In this document: positions 1 through 10,340 of the stretch, piece after piece
Layout: every line of letters starts with the position of its first letter
Position numbering within the stretch: position 1 is the stretch's first letter
Assembly (NCBI GenBank): GCA_964448085.1
Contig: CAYUUX010000002.1
Span: forward strand, 30,519 to 94,518
Length of the DNA stretch: 64,000 bases
Direction: 5' to 3'
Source: an uncultured Gammaproteobacteria bacterium
GTDB taxonomy: Bacteria; Patescibacteriota; Microgenomatia; UBA10105; UBA927
Translations under genes and position numbers: made by a program
Notes under the pieces: model-generated
The model's database searches: none
What the model saw: the letters and a program-made list of their open reading frames with translations, nothing else
Told to the model about the DNA's origin: nothing

Positions 1-1
1 T

Positions 2-1087
2 ATCGCAAGTCCTTACATATTTGATCCAACAAATTTTCGCTTATTACTGGTTGCAACAATTCAATATGTCGCCGTGCGTCTGATAGAGCTATCCACAGAA
101 GAAAAACACAGGCTTCTTCATTTTGTCGGAATAACTACCGTTTTTGTTGCACTTATTAGCCTTTTTCAACTGGTGTTTAGAGATCAAGCTATCGTTATTG
201 CAAAAAGATTTCTTTTTGGAGATGCTGCATATAGCATAGCTTGGGATTTGGGCAGAGGAAGAGGACCCCAGTGGGGCAACGCGGTTATTGCCTTTCCCCT
301 ATTTGTTGCCTCGGTTTTATTGCTGAGGAGTAAAAAAGACTTTATTATTCGCCTCTATACTTGGTCGGGAATATTTTTAATTCCTTTTTCATTTATTACA
401 ACGAATTTTCGTTGGCTTACCCTTTGTTTTTCTGGAGGGTTATTTTTTATGCTGTTTATGTTCGTTCGATACAAGATGACGAGTTGGAAATCTCTAAGAA
501 GACTTCTTGCGCCAGCACTCCTCTCGGTGATTGTCGGAATGACGATTGCTTCATCCGTTTTTCAATACAATCTCATCGACAGGTTTTTATTAAAGGAAAA
601 GAGCCGAGATGTTGTGTTTACCCTTGGGAGGCTTTTTTTATATAAACAAGCAATGTACGCCTTTACTGCTTCCCCCATTGTCGGAATAGGCACGGGAAAT
701 TACAAATATATAATAGACAGACCCGTCATTCTGCATTATTACAACTTTATCGTTGGTGGGGAAAGCGAGGTTGATACGACCACAAGGGAACCAGTTTCTT
801 CCCACAATGATCTATTAACGATTTTGGCTGAAACAGGCGCGCTGGGTGTCGTCCTGTACACACTCATAAATTACTTTGTTTTTTCTCGACTCGTTTTCCT
901 TTTGCGGAAAGCCGTTGTTGCGCGGTCCCAACACAAGACAGTTTTATGGCTTTCGATAATAACGGCAATTTCCCTTTTCCATCTGATTGGTTTGTTTGAA
1001 AACACGTCCCCAAACAATTTAACATACCTATTTTTTCTCTTTGCCGTTTCACTTACCTGGTTTCAAGACGCCGCACTAGAAAGTTAA
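2..1087 (+). CDS. O-antigen ligase / Wzy-like polytopic membrane protein, 5' end outside window
   Basis: Reading frame is open from the window edge (no stop in 2..73; the ORF-track start at 74 is a GTG). Multiple hydrophobic helices. The NDLLTILAETGALG segment resembles the O-antigen ligase (Wzy_C) signature. Confidence 0.55.
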   Translation: MASPYIFDPTNFRLLLVATIQYVAVRLIELSTEEKHRLLHFVGITTVFVALISLFQLVFRDQAIVIAKRFLFGDAAYSIAWDLGRGRGPQWGNAVIAFPLFVASVLLLRSKKDFIIRLYTWSGIFLIPFSFITTNFRWLTLCFSGGLFFMLFMFVRYKMTSWKSLRRLLAPALLSVIVGMTIASSVFQYNLIDRFLLKEKSRDVVFTLGRLFLYKQAMYAFTASPIVGIGTGNYKYIIDRPVILHYYNFIVGGESEVDTTTREPVSSHNDLLTILAETGALGVVLYTLINYFVFSRLVFLLRKAVVARSQHKTVLWLSIITAISLFHLIGLFENTSPNNLTYLFFLFAVSLTWFQDAALES

Positions 1088-2044
1088 GACGTCGTGGCGC
1101 ACTTCTAAAGAAGAGAACAGGGAAGAAAAAACGTGCGCATGCGTATATTTAGACAGAACGTTTTTCCTTCCAGCCCTCAGGAGCCGCCAGTTTTTTAGGC
1201 TTGAAATAATAATTTTTGGATACATCCATGGAGAATATTTTACTAAACAATAGATTGCGGTTATGAGCTGCCAAAGACACACCCTTGTTATGTTTTTTAT
1301 AATAGTTTGTTTTGGCCAGGTTAGTATAATAACCCACAGAAGGTTGCGAAAACTCTGGTACATGACGAAATAACTTTTTTCTCCCCAGGTAAACGTCCGT
1401 TTGTGAAAAGCAACCAGTTTGTCGCATTTATAAAAACAACCACCAATAGCAAGGGCGCGTATGGAAAACTCCACATCGTCTAAATACCAACGAAGAACAG
1501 GATTCAAAAAAAAGCCATACGTTCGCACCATCTTTTTAAGAAAAGGCGTTCGTATTAAAAGACACGACATAGACGCAAGCGAAGTGGTAATCGTGGGAAA
1601 AAAGGCGTTTTTTGAATAGCCAGTTCGAAAATATTCTACTCCAAAGGAATCAAGCTTTTTTGAATGTCCTCTATAGATATACGGGACATATATATCCCCA
1701 CAGTTCCTATCGGTTGTAAAAACGCGATACAGCTCGGCAAAGAAATTCTTTTTGATTTCTGCATCGTCGTTAATAATCAGATAAAAGTCACTTTGGAGAT
1801 GCATCGTTTTTTGTACGGCCAAATTATTTATCTGTACAAAGCCCGACTCCGGAGAGGAAACGAAAACGGAATCAATACAAGAAATTTTTGGGATACGATG
1901 TCGAGGGTTATTGGTTGTTACAACAATGGTTATATTTGCGTCTTGAGTTTTTGCCTGTCTGAGTGAACGGAGACACCTATTTAAAACAGAAATGTTTTTT
2001 GTATATCCGGCACACGAAACCACACAAATAATTGTCATATGCAT
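1076..2044 (-). CDS. glycosyltransferase family 2 (GT-A fold)
   Basis: N-terminal Rossmann-like segment with ITIVVTTNN and an INDDAEI acidic (DxD-type) motif. Sits in a glycan locus. Confidence 0.6.
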   Translation of the reverse strand: MHMTIICVVSCAGYTKNISVLNRCLRSLRQAKTQDANITIVVTTNNPRHRIPKISCIDSVFVSSPESGFVQINNLAVQKTMHLQSDFYLIINDDAEIKKNFFAELYRVFTTDRNCGDIYVPYIYRGHSKKLDSFGVEYFRTGYSKNAFFPTITTSLASMSCLLIRTPFLKKMVRTYGFFLNPVLRWYLDDVEFSIRALAIGGCFYKCDKLVAFHKRTFTWGEKSYFVMYQSFRNLLWVIILTWPKQTIIKNITRVCLWQLITAIYCLVKYSPWMYPKIIISSLKNWRLLRAGRKNVLSKYTHAHVFSSLFSSLEVRHDVLTF

Positions 2045-2089
2045 GAAGGATTACACGCGCAAGGTATTATATAATAAAGTAAGATTGCA

Positions 2090-2650
2090 ATGAAAACACA
2101 CGTTTCACCAACACGTTTTTCGGATCTCCTCATTATCACGATTGATTATTTTAAAGACGAGAGAGGTTTTTTTATAGAACCGTGGAATAAGAGAGATTTT
2201 AAAGAGGCTGGTTTTGATAAGGAATTTGTTCAAGAGGGTCATTCACGATCAAGGCGCGGCGTACTTCGCGGTCTTCACTACCAAGACATGACGGCTCCAA
2301 TGGGTAAACTTGTTCGGTGCACAGTGGGATCCGTCTTTGAGGTTGCGGTTGATCTACGGATATCATCAAAAACATTTGGGATGGGATATACTACAATTCT
2401 TTCATCAGCAAACAAAAAGATGTTATATGTCCCAGTCGGATTTGCCTTGGGATTTCTAACATTGAGTGCATACGCAGAGATGCAATATAAGCAAACCGGT
2501 TATTATACTCCCTCAGCGGAGGGGACGCTTTTCTGGAACGACAAGGATATTCAGGTTCCCTGGCCTTTAACAGCGCCACCCATTGTGTCTTCTCGGGATG
2601 CGCGCGGCATATCCCTAAAAACATACCTGCTTCATCCGGCCTTTCTATAA
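2090..2650 (+). CDS. rmlC: dTDP-4-dehydrorhamnose 3,5-epimerase
   Basis: 186 aa. RmlC/cupin signature GFFIEPWNKRDF...RGLHYQ. Confidence 0.85.
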   Translation: MKTHVSPTRFSDLLIITIDYFKDERGFFIEPWNKRDFKEAGFDKEFVQEGHSRSRRGVLRGLHYQDMTAPMGKLVRCTVGSVFEVAVDLRISSKTFGMGYTTILSSANKKMLYVPVGFALGFLTLSAYAEMQYKQTGYYTPSAEGTLFWNDKDIQVPWPLTAPPIVSSRDARGISLKTYLLHPAFL

Positions 2651-2675
2651 TGTATACTAGCCTGAATCATTATTT

Positions 2676-3701
2676 ATGAAAAATCTCAAAACGCAACACG
2701 TGTTGGTGACCGGAGGCGCAGGGTACATCGGGTCTGTTCTTGTACCATTTCTCGTTCAACAGGGGTTTTTTGTTAGTGTTTTTGACTCATTCTATTTTGG
2801 AAGAAAGCCCATTCAACATTTTCCCAAAGGCGTTCATGTTATTCGAGGAGATATTCGGCGTCCGCCAAGCGACCTTTTTCAGTCAATTGACAGTGTTATT
2901 CACTTGGCCGCCCTCTCAAACGACCCAACGGCAGAGTTTAATCCAATTGCAAATGAAGCTATTAATACAGAAGGAACAAAAACAATTGCCCTGATGGCAA
3001 AAGAAAAAGGGGTTCGGCGATTTGTTTTTGCCTCAAGCTGTTCAATTTATGATTGCGGGCTTTGTAGTAATATCGCTACCAAAACTGAAAACGCAGAGGT
3101 AAATCCCAAGAATCCTTACTCCAGGTCGAAATTTCTTGCTGAAAGGTTTTTATTACAACTTACCGATAATACATTTTCTCCAACGGTGTTGCGTAAGGGC
3201 ACGGTTTATGGACCGTCCCCACGCATGCGTTATGACCTGATAGTTAATACCATGGTTCGGGATGCCATGCGTTCCAAAAAACTCCACGTTTTTTGCCGGG
3301 GTAGACAATGGAGACCGTTGATTTCAATACACGACGTTGCAAATGCATACGCGTTAACGATTCGAGCGCCAGAAAAATTGGTGAAAGGAAAGATCATCAA
3401 TATTTCCGCGGGCAATTATCAGGTGGACGGCGTTGCTAAAGAGATACAGGGTGCATTCAAAGAAAGCCTGAATACGGATATTACCATTGTATATGAAAAG
3501 GACGATAAGCTAGATAGATCGTACAGGGTTTCGACAAAGAGGGCCAAAGAGCTACTTCACTTTTTTCCTAAAGAAACCATACGGGAATCCGTGCGCGCAC
3601 TCGTTTCGGCTATCAAAAAAAATAAAGCATTACAACAGTTTTCTAACCCACTGTTTTACAACATTGAGCGAATGAAGCCGATTCTTCAAAGTATGACGTA
3701 A
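2676..3701 (+). CDS. NAD-dependent nucleotide-sugar epimerase/dehydratase (SDR extended family)
   Basis: VLVTGGAGYIGS Rossmann motif at the N-terminus. 341 aa, typical GalE/WbpP-like length. Confidence 0.8.
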   Translation: MKNLKTQHVLVTGGAGYIGSVLVPFLVQQGFFVSVFDSFYFGRKPIQHFPKGVHVIRGDIRRPPSDLFQSIDSVIHLAALSNDPTAEFNPIANEAINTEGTKTIALMAKEKGVRRFVFASSCSIYDCGLCSNIATKTENAEVNPKNPYSRSKFLAERFLLQLTDNTFSPTVLRKGTVYGPSPRMRYDLIVNTMVRDAMRSKKLHVFCRGRQWRPLISIHDVANAYALTIRAPEKLVKGKIINISAGNYQVDGVAKEIQGAFKESLNTDITIVYEKDDKLDRSYRVSTKRAKELLHFFPKETIRESVRALVSAIKKNKALQQFSNPLFYNIERMKPILQSMT

Positions 3702-4496
3702 TTATCTGTATTGAAACAAGCCGTATTTTAGAACAAAACGAAGCATGCTTTGTGCATGATATACGGAATAGATACTCAATAATTTTTTATCGCTTTGCGC
3801 CCGGTGATGGTGTGTGACACGAGACCGTGGTAGATACCATACTTCCCATCCCGCACGCCAAGCCCGCAGGCAATAATCAATATCGTCAACATACAGATAA
3901 TACTTTTCATCTAATAGGCCAATGCTGTCCACCATTTTTTTTCTTATACACATGCACCCTCCCAACACCCAGTCAACTTGACGTTCTTGATCGTGATTTT
4001 CATTTTTCATTAGATGAAAATCATTTGAGTCGCTTTGGGCGAATAGATATCGCAAAGGGGTTCTGCGTACGAAAAAGGTTTTCCACGTTGGAAACCGTCG
4101 GCAAGAATATTGTAGGGACCCGTCTGGGTTCAGAAGCTTTGGTCCAACAATTCCAACCGTTTTATGACGTTTCATAAACTTCAAAATAGTTTGGAGTGCC
4201 TCCGGCAACAATTCGGTATCTGGATTGAGTAAGAGGATGTGGTCTGCCCGCGCCTTTTTGATTGCCAGATTGTTGTTATACGCAAAGCCACGGATGTTTG
4301 TGTTTCTTATAATATGAACGTGTTTCGTTGTTGCATATTTTTTTATATAAAATTCTGTTTGATCGGTTGAGGCGTTATTTACAACAAACAACTCTATATC
4401 AAGATTTTTTTGAGTCTTTTGAATTGAAAGTAAGCAGTTTTTAAGGAGTTCTGCCTCGTTCGTTGCAACTATAATGATGGTTACGTCAGGCCTCAT
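3702..4496 (-). CDS. glycosyltransferase family 2
   Basis: VTIIIVATNE...VVNNASTDQT and LLNPDTEL motifs typical of the GT2 (GT-A) N-terminal domain. Confidence 0.75.
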   Translation of the reverse strand: MRPDVTIIIVATNEAELLKNCLLSIQKTQKNLDIELFVVNNASTDQTEFYIKKYATTKHVHIIRNTNIRGFAYNNNLAIKKARADHILLLNPDTELLPEALQTILKFMKRHKTVGIVGPKLLNPDGSLQYSCRRFPTWKTFFVRRTPLRYLFAQSDSNDFHLMKNENHDQERQVDWVLGGCMCIRKKMVDSIGLLDEKYYLYVDDIDYCLRAWRAGWEVWYLPRSRVTHHHRAQSDKKLLSIYSVYHAQSMLRFVLKYGLFQYR

Positions 4497-5604
4497 GGCT
4501 TTTCGAACAGAGACTTCTAATCATTTTGCTGGTGACGAGGAGATCTCGAGCGGTGTTTCCTAATCCTGACGGTATATAGAGCCCTTCCTTTTCAACGCGT
4601 TCAGCCACCGGGAAGTTGCTATCTTGGAAGAGCCCCATACCTTTAAACGCTGTTTTTGGAGAGAAAAAAAACGAACGCGTTTGTATTCCTCTTTCCCCAA
4701 GGATTTTCATGAGTTCGGTTTTTGATTTTCCGTATTCTTTTCTTTTTATACGTATTGCATACATCCAGTACACGCTTTTTGCCCACGGTTTTTCAATGGG
4801 CAACACGATTCCCGGAACGCCCCAAAGTTGAACACCATAGGTTTGAGCCAAAAGCCGTTTTTTTTGTATTGATTCATTAATGTGTGACAAGCTAGCAAGA
4901 CCAATGGCCGCCTGAACATTGCTCATTTGATAATTATATCCAATACCATCGTGAACAAAGCGAATTTTTTTGGAATGATAGAGGTTTTTTAAACGAACAA
5001 TTCGTTCATAGATGCTGTGGCTGTTTGTTAGAATCATCCCCCCTTCCCCACAGGTGACAATTTTATTTGCATAGAAACTAAAAATGGATACATCACCGAA
5101 TGATCCAACCCTTCTCCCTTTGTATTCTGCTCCATGTGCTTCAGCAGCGTCCTCAATAATGAAGAGGTGGTGTTTTTTTGCAATACGCACGATTTCATCC
5201 ATGTCGCATGGGTGTCCATAGAGATGTACCGCCATAATTGCTTTTGTATTTTTTGTGATAGACTTCTCTATAAGATCGGGATTTAATGTGTAAGTTTCAG
5301 GATCAATGTCGACTGGTACAACAGTGGCGCCCACGTACCAAACGGCAAAATAACAAGAGGCTATGGTGAGCGCCGGGACAATAACTTCGTCGTTTTTTCC
5401 TATTCCAAGCGCAGCCATTGCCACATGAAGGGCTGCTGTTCCAGAATTGGTTGAAGCACCATACTTTGTTTTTATATAACGTGAAAAAGCCATTTCAAAT
5501 CGTTTTACAAATGGCCCTTCGGCGCTAAGCCAGCCCGAATCAAGCGCTTGATTTGTTAGTGTATACGTTTCTGGATAGATACACGGTTTATTTACTGGGA
5601 TCAT
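4486..5604 (-). CDS. DegT/DnrJ/EryC1/StrS family PLP-dependent sugar aminotransferase
   Basis: 372 aa. HLYGHPCDMDEI...FIIEDAAEAHGAEYKGRRVGSFGD...SFYANKIVTCGEGG is a typical DegT-family core. Confidence 0.85.
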   Translation of the reverse strand: MIPVNKPCIYPETYTLTNQALDSGWLSAEGPFVKRFEMAFSRYIKTKYGASTNSGTAALHVAMAALGIGKNDEVIVPALTIASCYFAVWYVGATVVPVDIDPETYTLNPDLIEKSITKNTKAIMAVHLYGHPCDMDEIVRIAKKHHLFIIEDAAEAHGAEYKGRRVGSFGDVSIFSFYANKIVTCGEGGMILTNSHSIYERIVRLKNLYHSKKIRFVHDGIGYNYQMSNVQAAIGLASLSHINESIQKKRLLAQTYGVQLWGVPGIVLPIEKPWAKSVYWMYAIRIKRKEYGKSKTELMKILGERGIQTRSFFFSPKTAFKGMGLFQDSNFPVAERVEKEGLYIPSGLGNTARDLLVTSKMIRSLCSKSHEA

Positions 5605-6608
5605 ACGACAGATGAAAGTTTAATTACCCTTTCTTGTTTGACTGATCGATAAACCCCCTCAATCATTCGGATTACTGCCGTACCGTCGGACGCACGTGGC
5701 TCTGGCTCCAACCCTTTTTGTATACATGAAGCAAAATATAACAATTCATTCATATAGGATACGGGTTGCCTCTTGGAAAAATCATATATTCTTTCCTTTT
5801 TTGATTCACGGTTGCCCACGATAATATTATCTCCCCGTTTAGAATCTATGAGCATGTATCCTTTCTCACCCCAAATCTCAAGCGACATATACCCTTTCCA
5901 TTGACTCCACGAAGATGTAATGAGAGCCATTCTTCCGTCCTTTGTTTTATATAATCCACCAGCCAAATCTTCAACGTGTGCTTTTTTCCAAAAGACGTTA
6001 CTGATCATCCCTGTGCAGGAATAAAAATCTCCCATAATCCATCGCGTGATGTCTAGCAGGTGGCACGCATTGTCCACATAGGTTCCTCCACCAGATGTGG
6101 CTTTGTCCCAAAACCAGGATTGTTTTGTGTGCGAACCGTCCGTTCCGATGTTTCCCTTTACAGAAAGTACTTTTCCTATTGTGCCCCGTCGAATAAGTTT
6201 AACAGCCTTTTGTATGCTTGGAAAAAAGCGATGATTCGAGCCTGTTTTGACAAATCTTTTAAATCTTTGAGAAGCTCTAACTATTTTGTTTGCTTCAGCA
6301 ACAGTTGGGGCAAGCGGTTTTTCACATAAAACATGCAGCCCGCTTTTTAAAGCCTCGCATGTCACTGGGGCGTGTTGTTTGTTGGGTACGCACACGATGG
6401 CGATATCCGCCGAATATATTTTCAGAAGACTTTTTAGTGATGTTGCATGCGGAACATGAAAGACCTGGCCAGTTTTTTTTGCTTTCTTTTCGTCGACATC
6501 GACAACACCAACAAGTTGTATGTGATGTTTTAATTGTCTGCAGGCCTCTATGCGTTTTTGTCCAAAATAGCCACAACCTACAACGACCGCTCGTAGCTTT
6601 TGATTCAT
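5601..6608 (-). CDS. Gfo/Idh/MocA family oxidoreductase (nucleotide-sugar dehydrogenase-like)
   Basis: N-terminal RAVVVGCGYFGQKR Rossmann motif and EKP motif. Overlaps the downstream aminotransferase by 4 nt, so they are likely a functional pair. Confidence 0.75.
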   Translation of the reverse strand: MNQKLRAVVVGCGYFGQKRIEACRQLKHHIQLVGVVDVDEKKAKKTGQVFHVPHATSLKSLLKIYSADIAIVCVPNKQHAPVTCEALKSGLHVLCEKPLAPTVAEANKIVRASQRFKRFVKTGSNHRFFPSIQKAVKLIRRGTIGKVLSVKGNIGTDGSHTKQSWFWDKATSGGGTYVDNACHLLDITRWIMGDFYSCTGMISNVFWKKAHVEDLAGGLYKTKDGRMALITSSWSQWKGYMSLEIWGEKGYMLIDSKRGDNIIVGNRESKKERIYDFSKRQPVSYMNELLYFASCIQKGLEPEPRASDGTAVIRMIEGVYRSVKQERVIKLSSVV

Positions 6609-6692
6609 AACAATAATCTGGCGGGTAGGCCATTATTGTAACAAGCTTTTATTTTTATAACAACAAAACGTATAATACCCTTACTTTTTTCT

Positions 6693-7820
6693 ATGTTACG
6701 AAACGCGATCATTCTTTTTATTTTAAATGATCCAATCACCCACTGGTGTGATTACGCATTTCAAACAGCAAAGCTTCTATCTAAAAAAAACACCATCGTA
6801 ATTTTTTGTTCGGAAGATACTATTTCATGGAAAAACGTATTGGGCTTGCGCAGGCGCGTGCCACTGTTTGAGAAACGATGGAACGCGCTTTTATTTCACC
6901 CCTTTTTTGTTATCCCCGGTCAACGTTTTCCAATTATTAAACACATGAATTATCGTATTAACGCATGGTGTTTGTATTGGTACTTGAAATTTAGCCAACC
7001 AGGAATAAAAAAATTCTTATGGTTCTTTGACCCATATTACGTTTCTTCTTTGATAAACATTTTTGTTCACTACCAGTCTATATACGATTGTGTTGATTAT
7101 TATGAAGGAGTATCAGAAGAGCTCAGGGTCCACAACAGATTTTTGTTCAGAAGAGCAACATACACGTTTGTTAATTCCCACGCTCTCCTGAATAAGTTTG
7201 GTGGATACAGAAAAAACGTTTCACTCGTTCCCCTCGGGTTTGCAAGCGATCTTTTTCAAACAAGACACGTCAATTCATCACGGGAAAACGGAATAGTTGC
7301 CGGTTTTGTTGGCGGCATTACTCGACGAATTGATTATCGCCTTTTAACATCCGTAGCAAAGCGTTTACCCGATATTCAATTTGTTTTTTACGGTGCCCGT
7401 CGAGATGACGCGTTCACCTCCGCCGGAAAGCTTTGTCCAGACATAGAGGAATTTTTCAGTCTCAAAAATGTTTTTTGGAAAGGGCCCGTCCCCAAAACGC
7501 TTATGCCATCCGTGATCTCCTCTTTTGATATTTGCCTCATTCCTTACACGAAGGACAAATTTAATTTATATTGTTACCCCATGAAAGTGATGGAATATTT
7601 CTATGTGGGGAAGCCCGTTCTTTCAACACCAATTGAGGAATTAAAACGCTTTCCTCAACTGATATCTATCGGTAAAACCGCAGAAGAATGGGAAGACAAT
7701 ATTTGGAAATTGTTGTCTGTTCCCTGGCCCGTTCGGTTTCAGAAAATACAAAGGGATACAGCAAAAAAGAACAGTTGGAAGAATAAGTTATTAGCCATGG
7801 AGCGCGTTATTCAACGATAG
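6693..7820 (+). CDS. glycosyltransferase, GT-B fold (GT1/GT4-like)
   Basis: The C-terminal half has a GT4-like nucleotide-binding pattern (GFVGGI...IQFVFYGA...KVMEYFYVGKPVLSTP). Confidence 0.5.
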   Translation: MLRNAIILFILNDPITHWCDYAFQTAKLLSKKNTIVIFCSEDTISWKNVLGLRRRVPLFEKRWNALLFHPFFVIPGQRFPIIKHMNYRINAWCLYWYLKFSQPGIKKFLWFFDPYYVSSLINIFVHYQSIYDCVDYYEGVSEELRVHNRFLFRRATYTFVNSHALLNKFGGYRKNVSLVPLGFASDLFQTRHVNSSRENGIVAGFVGGITRRIDYRLLTSVAKRLPDIQFVFYGARRDDAFTSAGKLCPDIEEFFSLKNVFWKGPVPKTLMPSVISSFDICLIPYTKDKFNLYCYPMKVMEYFYVGKPVLSTPIEELKRFPQLISIGKTAEEWEDNIWKLLSVPWPVRFQKIQRDTAKKNSWKNKLLAMERVIQR

Positions 7821-7824
7821 AACT

Positions 7825-8727
7825 TCATTGTTTTTTTGAAGAATAGGCTATTCCAACACACAACCCCTTCATTCTTATGAGTAGTTTAGCTATGGCATGT
7901 CGCCAAGAGTCCAGCCGAATTGTTTTTCTTTTAACAACATCACCCAAGTTCTTTTTTATCTCCCCAAACGAGTCCAAAAAATTATCAAGAATAATACGTT
8001 GAGCAAATTTCCACCCCAACAACGCGAAATGCGTATAACAAACCATTTCTCCGTGTATATATGTTAGATCTCGTTCTAGCTTGGTATTTTTGTCAACCCA
8101 ATTATTATGACGGACTATACATTTCGGGTCGCAGGCAATATGTTTACCAAACATAAGTTGTCGAAGCATGAAGTCTGCATCCTCTGCAGCCTTTCCAACA
8201 CTATGAGGCCCAAGATGCGTTGAAAAAAACACATTGTTGCATGCTTGTTTTTTCCACGCCATGTTGTTTCCAAAACCGATATAAACGGCGTGATTTTGCG
8301 GATGTGTAATAATTTTGTATTTGTTTTGTCGAAACGTACTCAGACAAATTTCGTCCGGGTGGCGCTTCGGTTGATATGGAACCGATGTCCCAACGATACC
8401 GTCAACAGACCTGTGTTTTGTAAAACCGTTTTGTATCCGTTGGAGCCAGCGGGTATCAATGATGCAATCATCATCAGTGAAACAGTAAATTGACCCGCGG
8501 GCTATCTTCATGGCGTGATTGAGGGCGGAAGACTTCCCTCTTTGCTTCATGTGCTTGTATATAAATCGTGCATCATGAAACGCTTCAACAATACTCCTCG
8601 TTTTGCCATTTGTGCTTTGATCCATAACGATGATTTCAAAATCTCTTTCGGTGCTTTTTTGGAACGCACATAAACAGGAGCAAACCGATTGGGGTCTATT
8701 GTGGGTTGCAATAAGCACAGAAAGCAT
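7825..8727 (-). CDS. glycosyltransferase family 2
   Basis: MLSVLIATHNRPQ...FEIIVMDQSTNGKT...FTDDDC is a GT2 signature. Confidence 0.75.
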   Translation of the reverse strand: MLSVLIATHNRPQSVCSCLCAFQKSTERDFEIIVMDQSTNGKTRSIVEAFHDARFIYKHMKQRGKSSALNHAMKIARGSIYCFTDDDCIIDTRWLQRIQNGFTKHRSVDGIVGTSVPYQPKRHPDEICLSTFRQNKYKIITHPQNHAVYIGFGNNMAWKKQACNNVFFSTHLGPHSVGKAAEDADFMLRQLMFGKHIACDPKCIVRHNNWVDKNTKLERDLTYIHGEMVCYTHFALLGWKFAQRIILDNFLDSFGEIKKNLGDVVKRKTIRLDSWRHAIAKLLIRMKGLCVGIAYSSKKQ

Positions 8728-8748
8728 AGTGTATGGTGTTGCGCTCTT

Positions 8749-9471
8749 TCAAATACGGTTTTGCGTATAAAGTCGAATCATGGATTTTGTATTTCCATCA
8801 TGAAGTATTCTTCCTTGCTGCATTATGAGGACACGATTGCAGTTTTTCTCGATGAAGTCTAACGCCTGAGAAGCAATAAGGATGGTTTTTCCTTGACGAA
8901 AAAAATCCTGCATTTTACGTAAAGCTTTTTTTTGAAAGGCTTTATCTCCAACCATAAGGTTTTCATCTAAAAGCAGAATATCAGGCCGTGTCGATGCGGC
9001 AACGGCAAAGCCCAAGCGCAACACCATTCCCGACGAATAGGTAAAAAGTGGAATATCAATAAACTTTCCTATATCTGCAAAATCAATAATTTCTTGTAAT
9101 TTATCGTTAATTTCCCGCCTTTTCATACCAAGAAGCATTCCGTTTAAATATATATTTTGAAGACCGGTTAGGTCGGGGTGAAATCCTGCCTCCAAATCAA
9201 TTAACGAAACGATTTTTCCGCGCGTTTGTAAAACACCGTCCGTTGGTGTCGTGAGGCGTGCAATAATTTTAAGAAGAGTGGTTTTCCCAGAACCGTTGGG
9301 ACCGATAATGCCAATTTTTTCTCCCTTCTGGATCGTAACATTAATATGTTTTAGTGCAATAAAGGTTTCATTTTTTGCATGAATGAGTTTTTCCACAAAC
9401 GTTGGTTTTTCATGGTGAATCGTGTATCGTTTTGAAACGTCGTCTAATTGAACAACAATGTTATTAATCAT
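8749..9471 (-). CDS. ABC transporter ATP-binding protein, polysaccharide/teichoic-acid export type (Wzt/TagH-like)
   Basis: Walker A GIIGPNGSGKTT, ABC signature YSSGM, Walker B ILLLDE. Start trimmed to MINNIVVQLDD so it does not overlap the permease. Confidence 0.85.
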   Translation of the reverse strand: MINNIVVQLDDVSKRYTIHHEKPTFVEKLIHAKNETFIALKHINVTIQKGEKIGIIGPNGSGKTTLLKIIARLTTPTDGVLQTRGKIVSLIDLEAGFHPDLTGLQNIYLNGMLLGMKRREINDKLQEIIDFADIGKFIDIPLFTYSSGMVLRLGFAVAASTRPDILLLDENLMVGDKAFQKKALRKMQDFFRQGKTILIASQALDFIEKNCNRVLIMQQGRILHDGNTKSMIRLYTQNRI

Positions 9472-9475
9472 GGTA

Positions 9476-10243
9476 TTAAAGCCAGTCGTCAAAAAAGTTG
9501 CTTTGTTTTTGAAAAGTCCATATGCCAACTCCGATCGTAAGCGCTGTGGAAAGTACGTTGGAAAGGATCATCCAGACGTCGGGAGGATTTATGTCAATAA
9601 AGGCGTGTTGGAACAATTGAATAATAGCGGTCATGGGGTTCAATCTCCAGAGCCAAACCAGATGATCAGGAATATTCTTAAAAGAATATACAATCGGTGT
9701 TGCATAGAACCATACGGTAAGTAAGGCTTGCACAAAAAAATTTACGTCTCGATAACGAACGTTTAGCGCTGAGGTCAACAGCGATAATCCGGAGGTAAAT
9801 ATGAGAATAAGCACACAAGCAAGTGCCAATGTTGGAACGCGCACTGCCTGAATAAATCCAAAAGGAAGAGAACAGAGAACAAACAGCGTTAACGCAACCA
9901 GAAGATGTATGCAATTTGACAGCACAATAGATAGGGGTATAACTGATCGAGGAAACGCTGATTTTTTAATGAGCGCGCGTTCAAAAACGACACTTGGGGT
10001 TGCTTTCGTCAGTGAAACAGAAAAAAAATTCCACGCCAACAAACCGATAAACAGATATGCGTAATAATGATCAATGGGATTTTTGACAAAAAAGTTAAAG
10101 ACGAAGCCAATAACAAGCATTTGTATAATGGGGTTGACCACAAGCCAGAAAAACCCGAAAATCGTGTACTTATATCTTGCGCGGAGCTCTTTTTCCGTCA
10201 TTGCAGCTAACAGTTCAACGAATCGACCTACATTCTGTCTCAT
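9476..10243 (-). CDS. ABC-2 type transporter permease (Wzm-like)
   Basis: Six predicted TM helices. N-terminal ELRARYK motif typical of ABC-2 permeases. Start trimmed to an internal Met to avoid overlap with the next gene. Confidence 0.7.
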   Translation of the reverse strand: MRQNVGRFVELLAAMTEKELRARYKYTIFGFFWLVVNPIIQMLVIGFVFNFFVKNPIDHYYAYLFIGLLAWNFFSVSLTKATPSVVFERALIKKSAFPRSVIPLSIVLSNCIHLLVALTLFVLCSLPFGFIQAVRVPTLALACVLILIFTSGLSLLTSALNVRYRDVNFFVQALLTVWFYATPIVYSFKNIPDHLVWLWRLNPMTAIIQLFQHAFIDINPPDVWMILSNVLSTALTIGVGIWTFQKQSNFFDDWL

Positions 10244-10340
10244 GTGGGTTATTATACACAAAAAGGCTTTTTCCTGGATTGGGTTGAATGGGAAATTGCC
10301 TCGTTTAACCAATATTGAATGCTTCCTTACGAAGAATGGG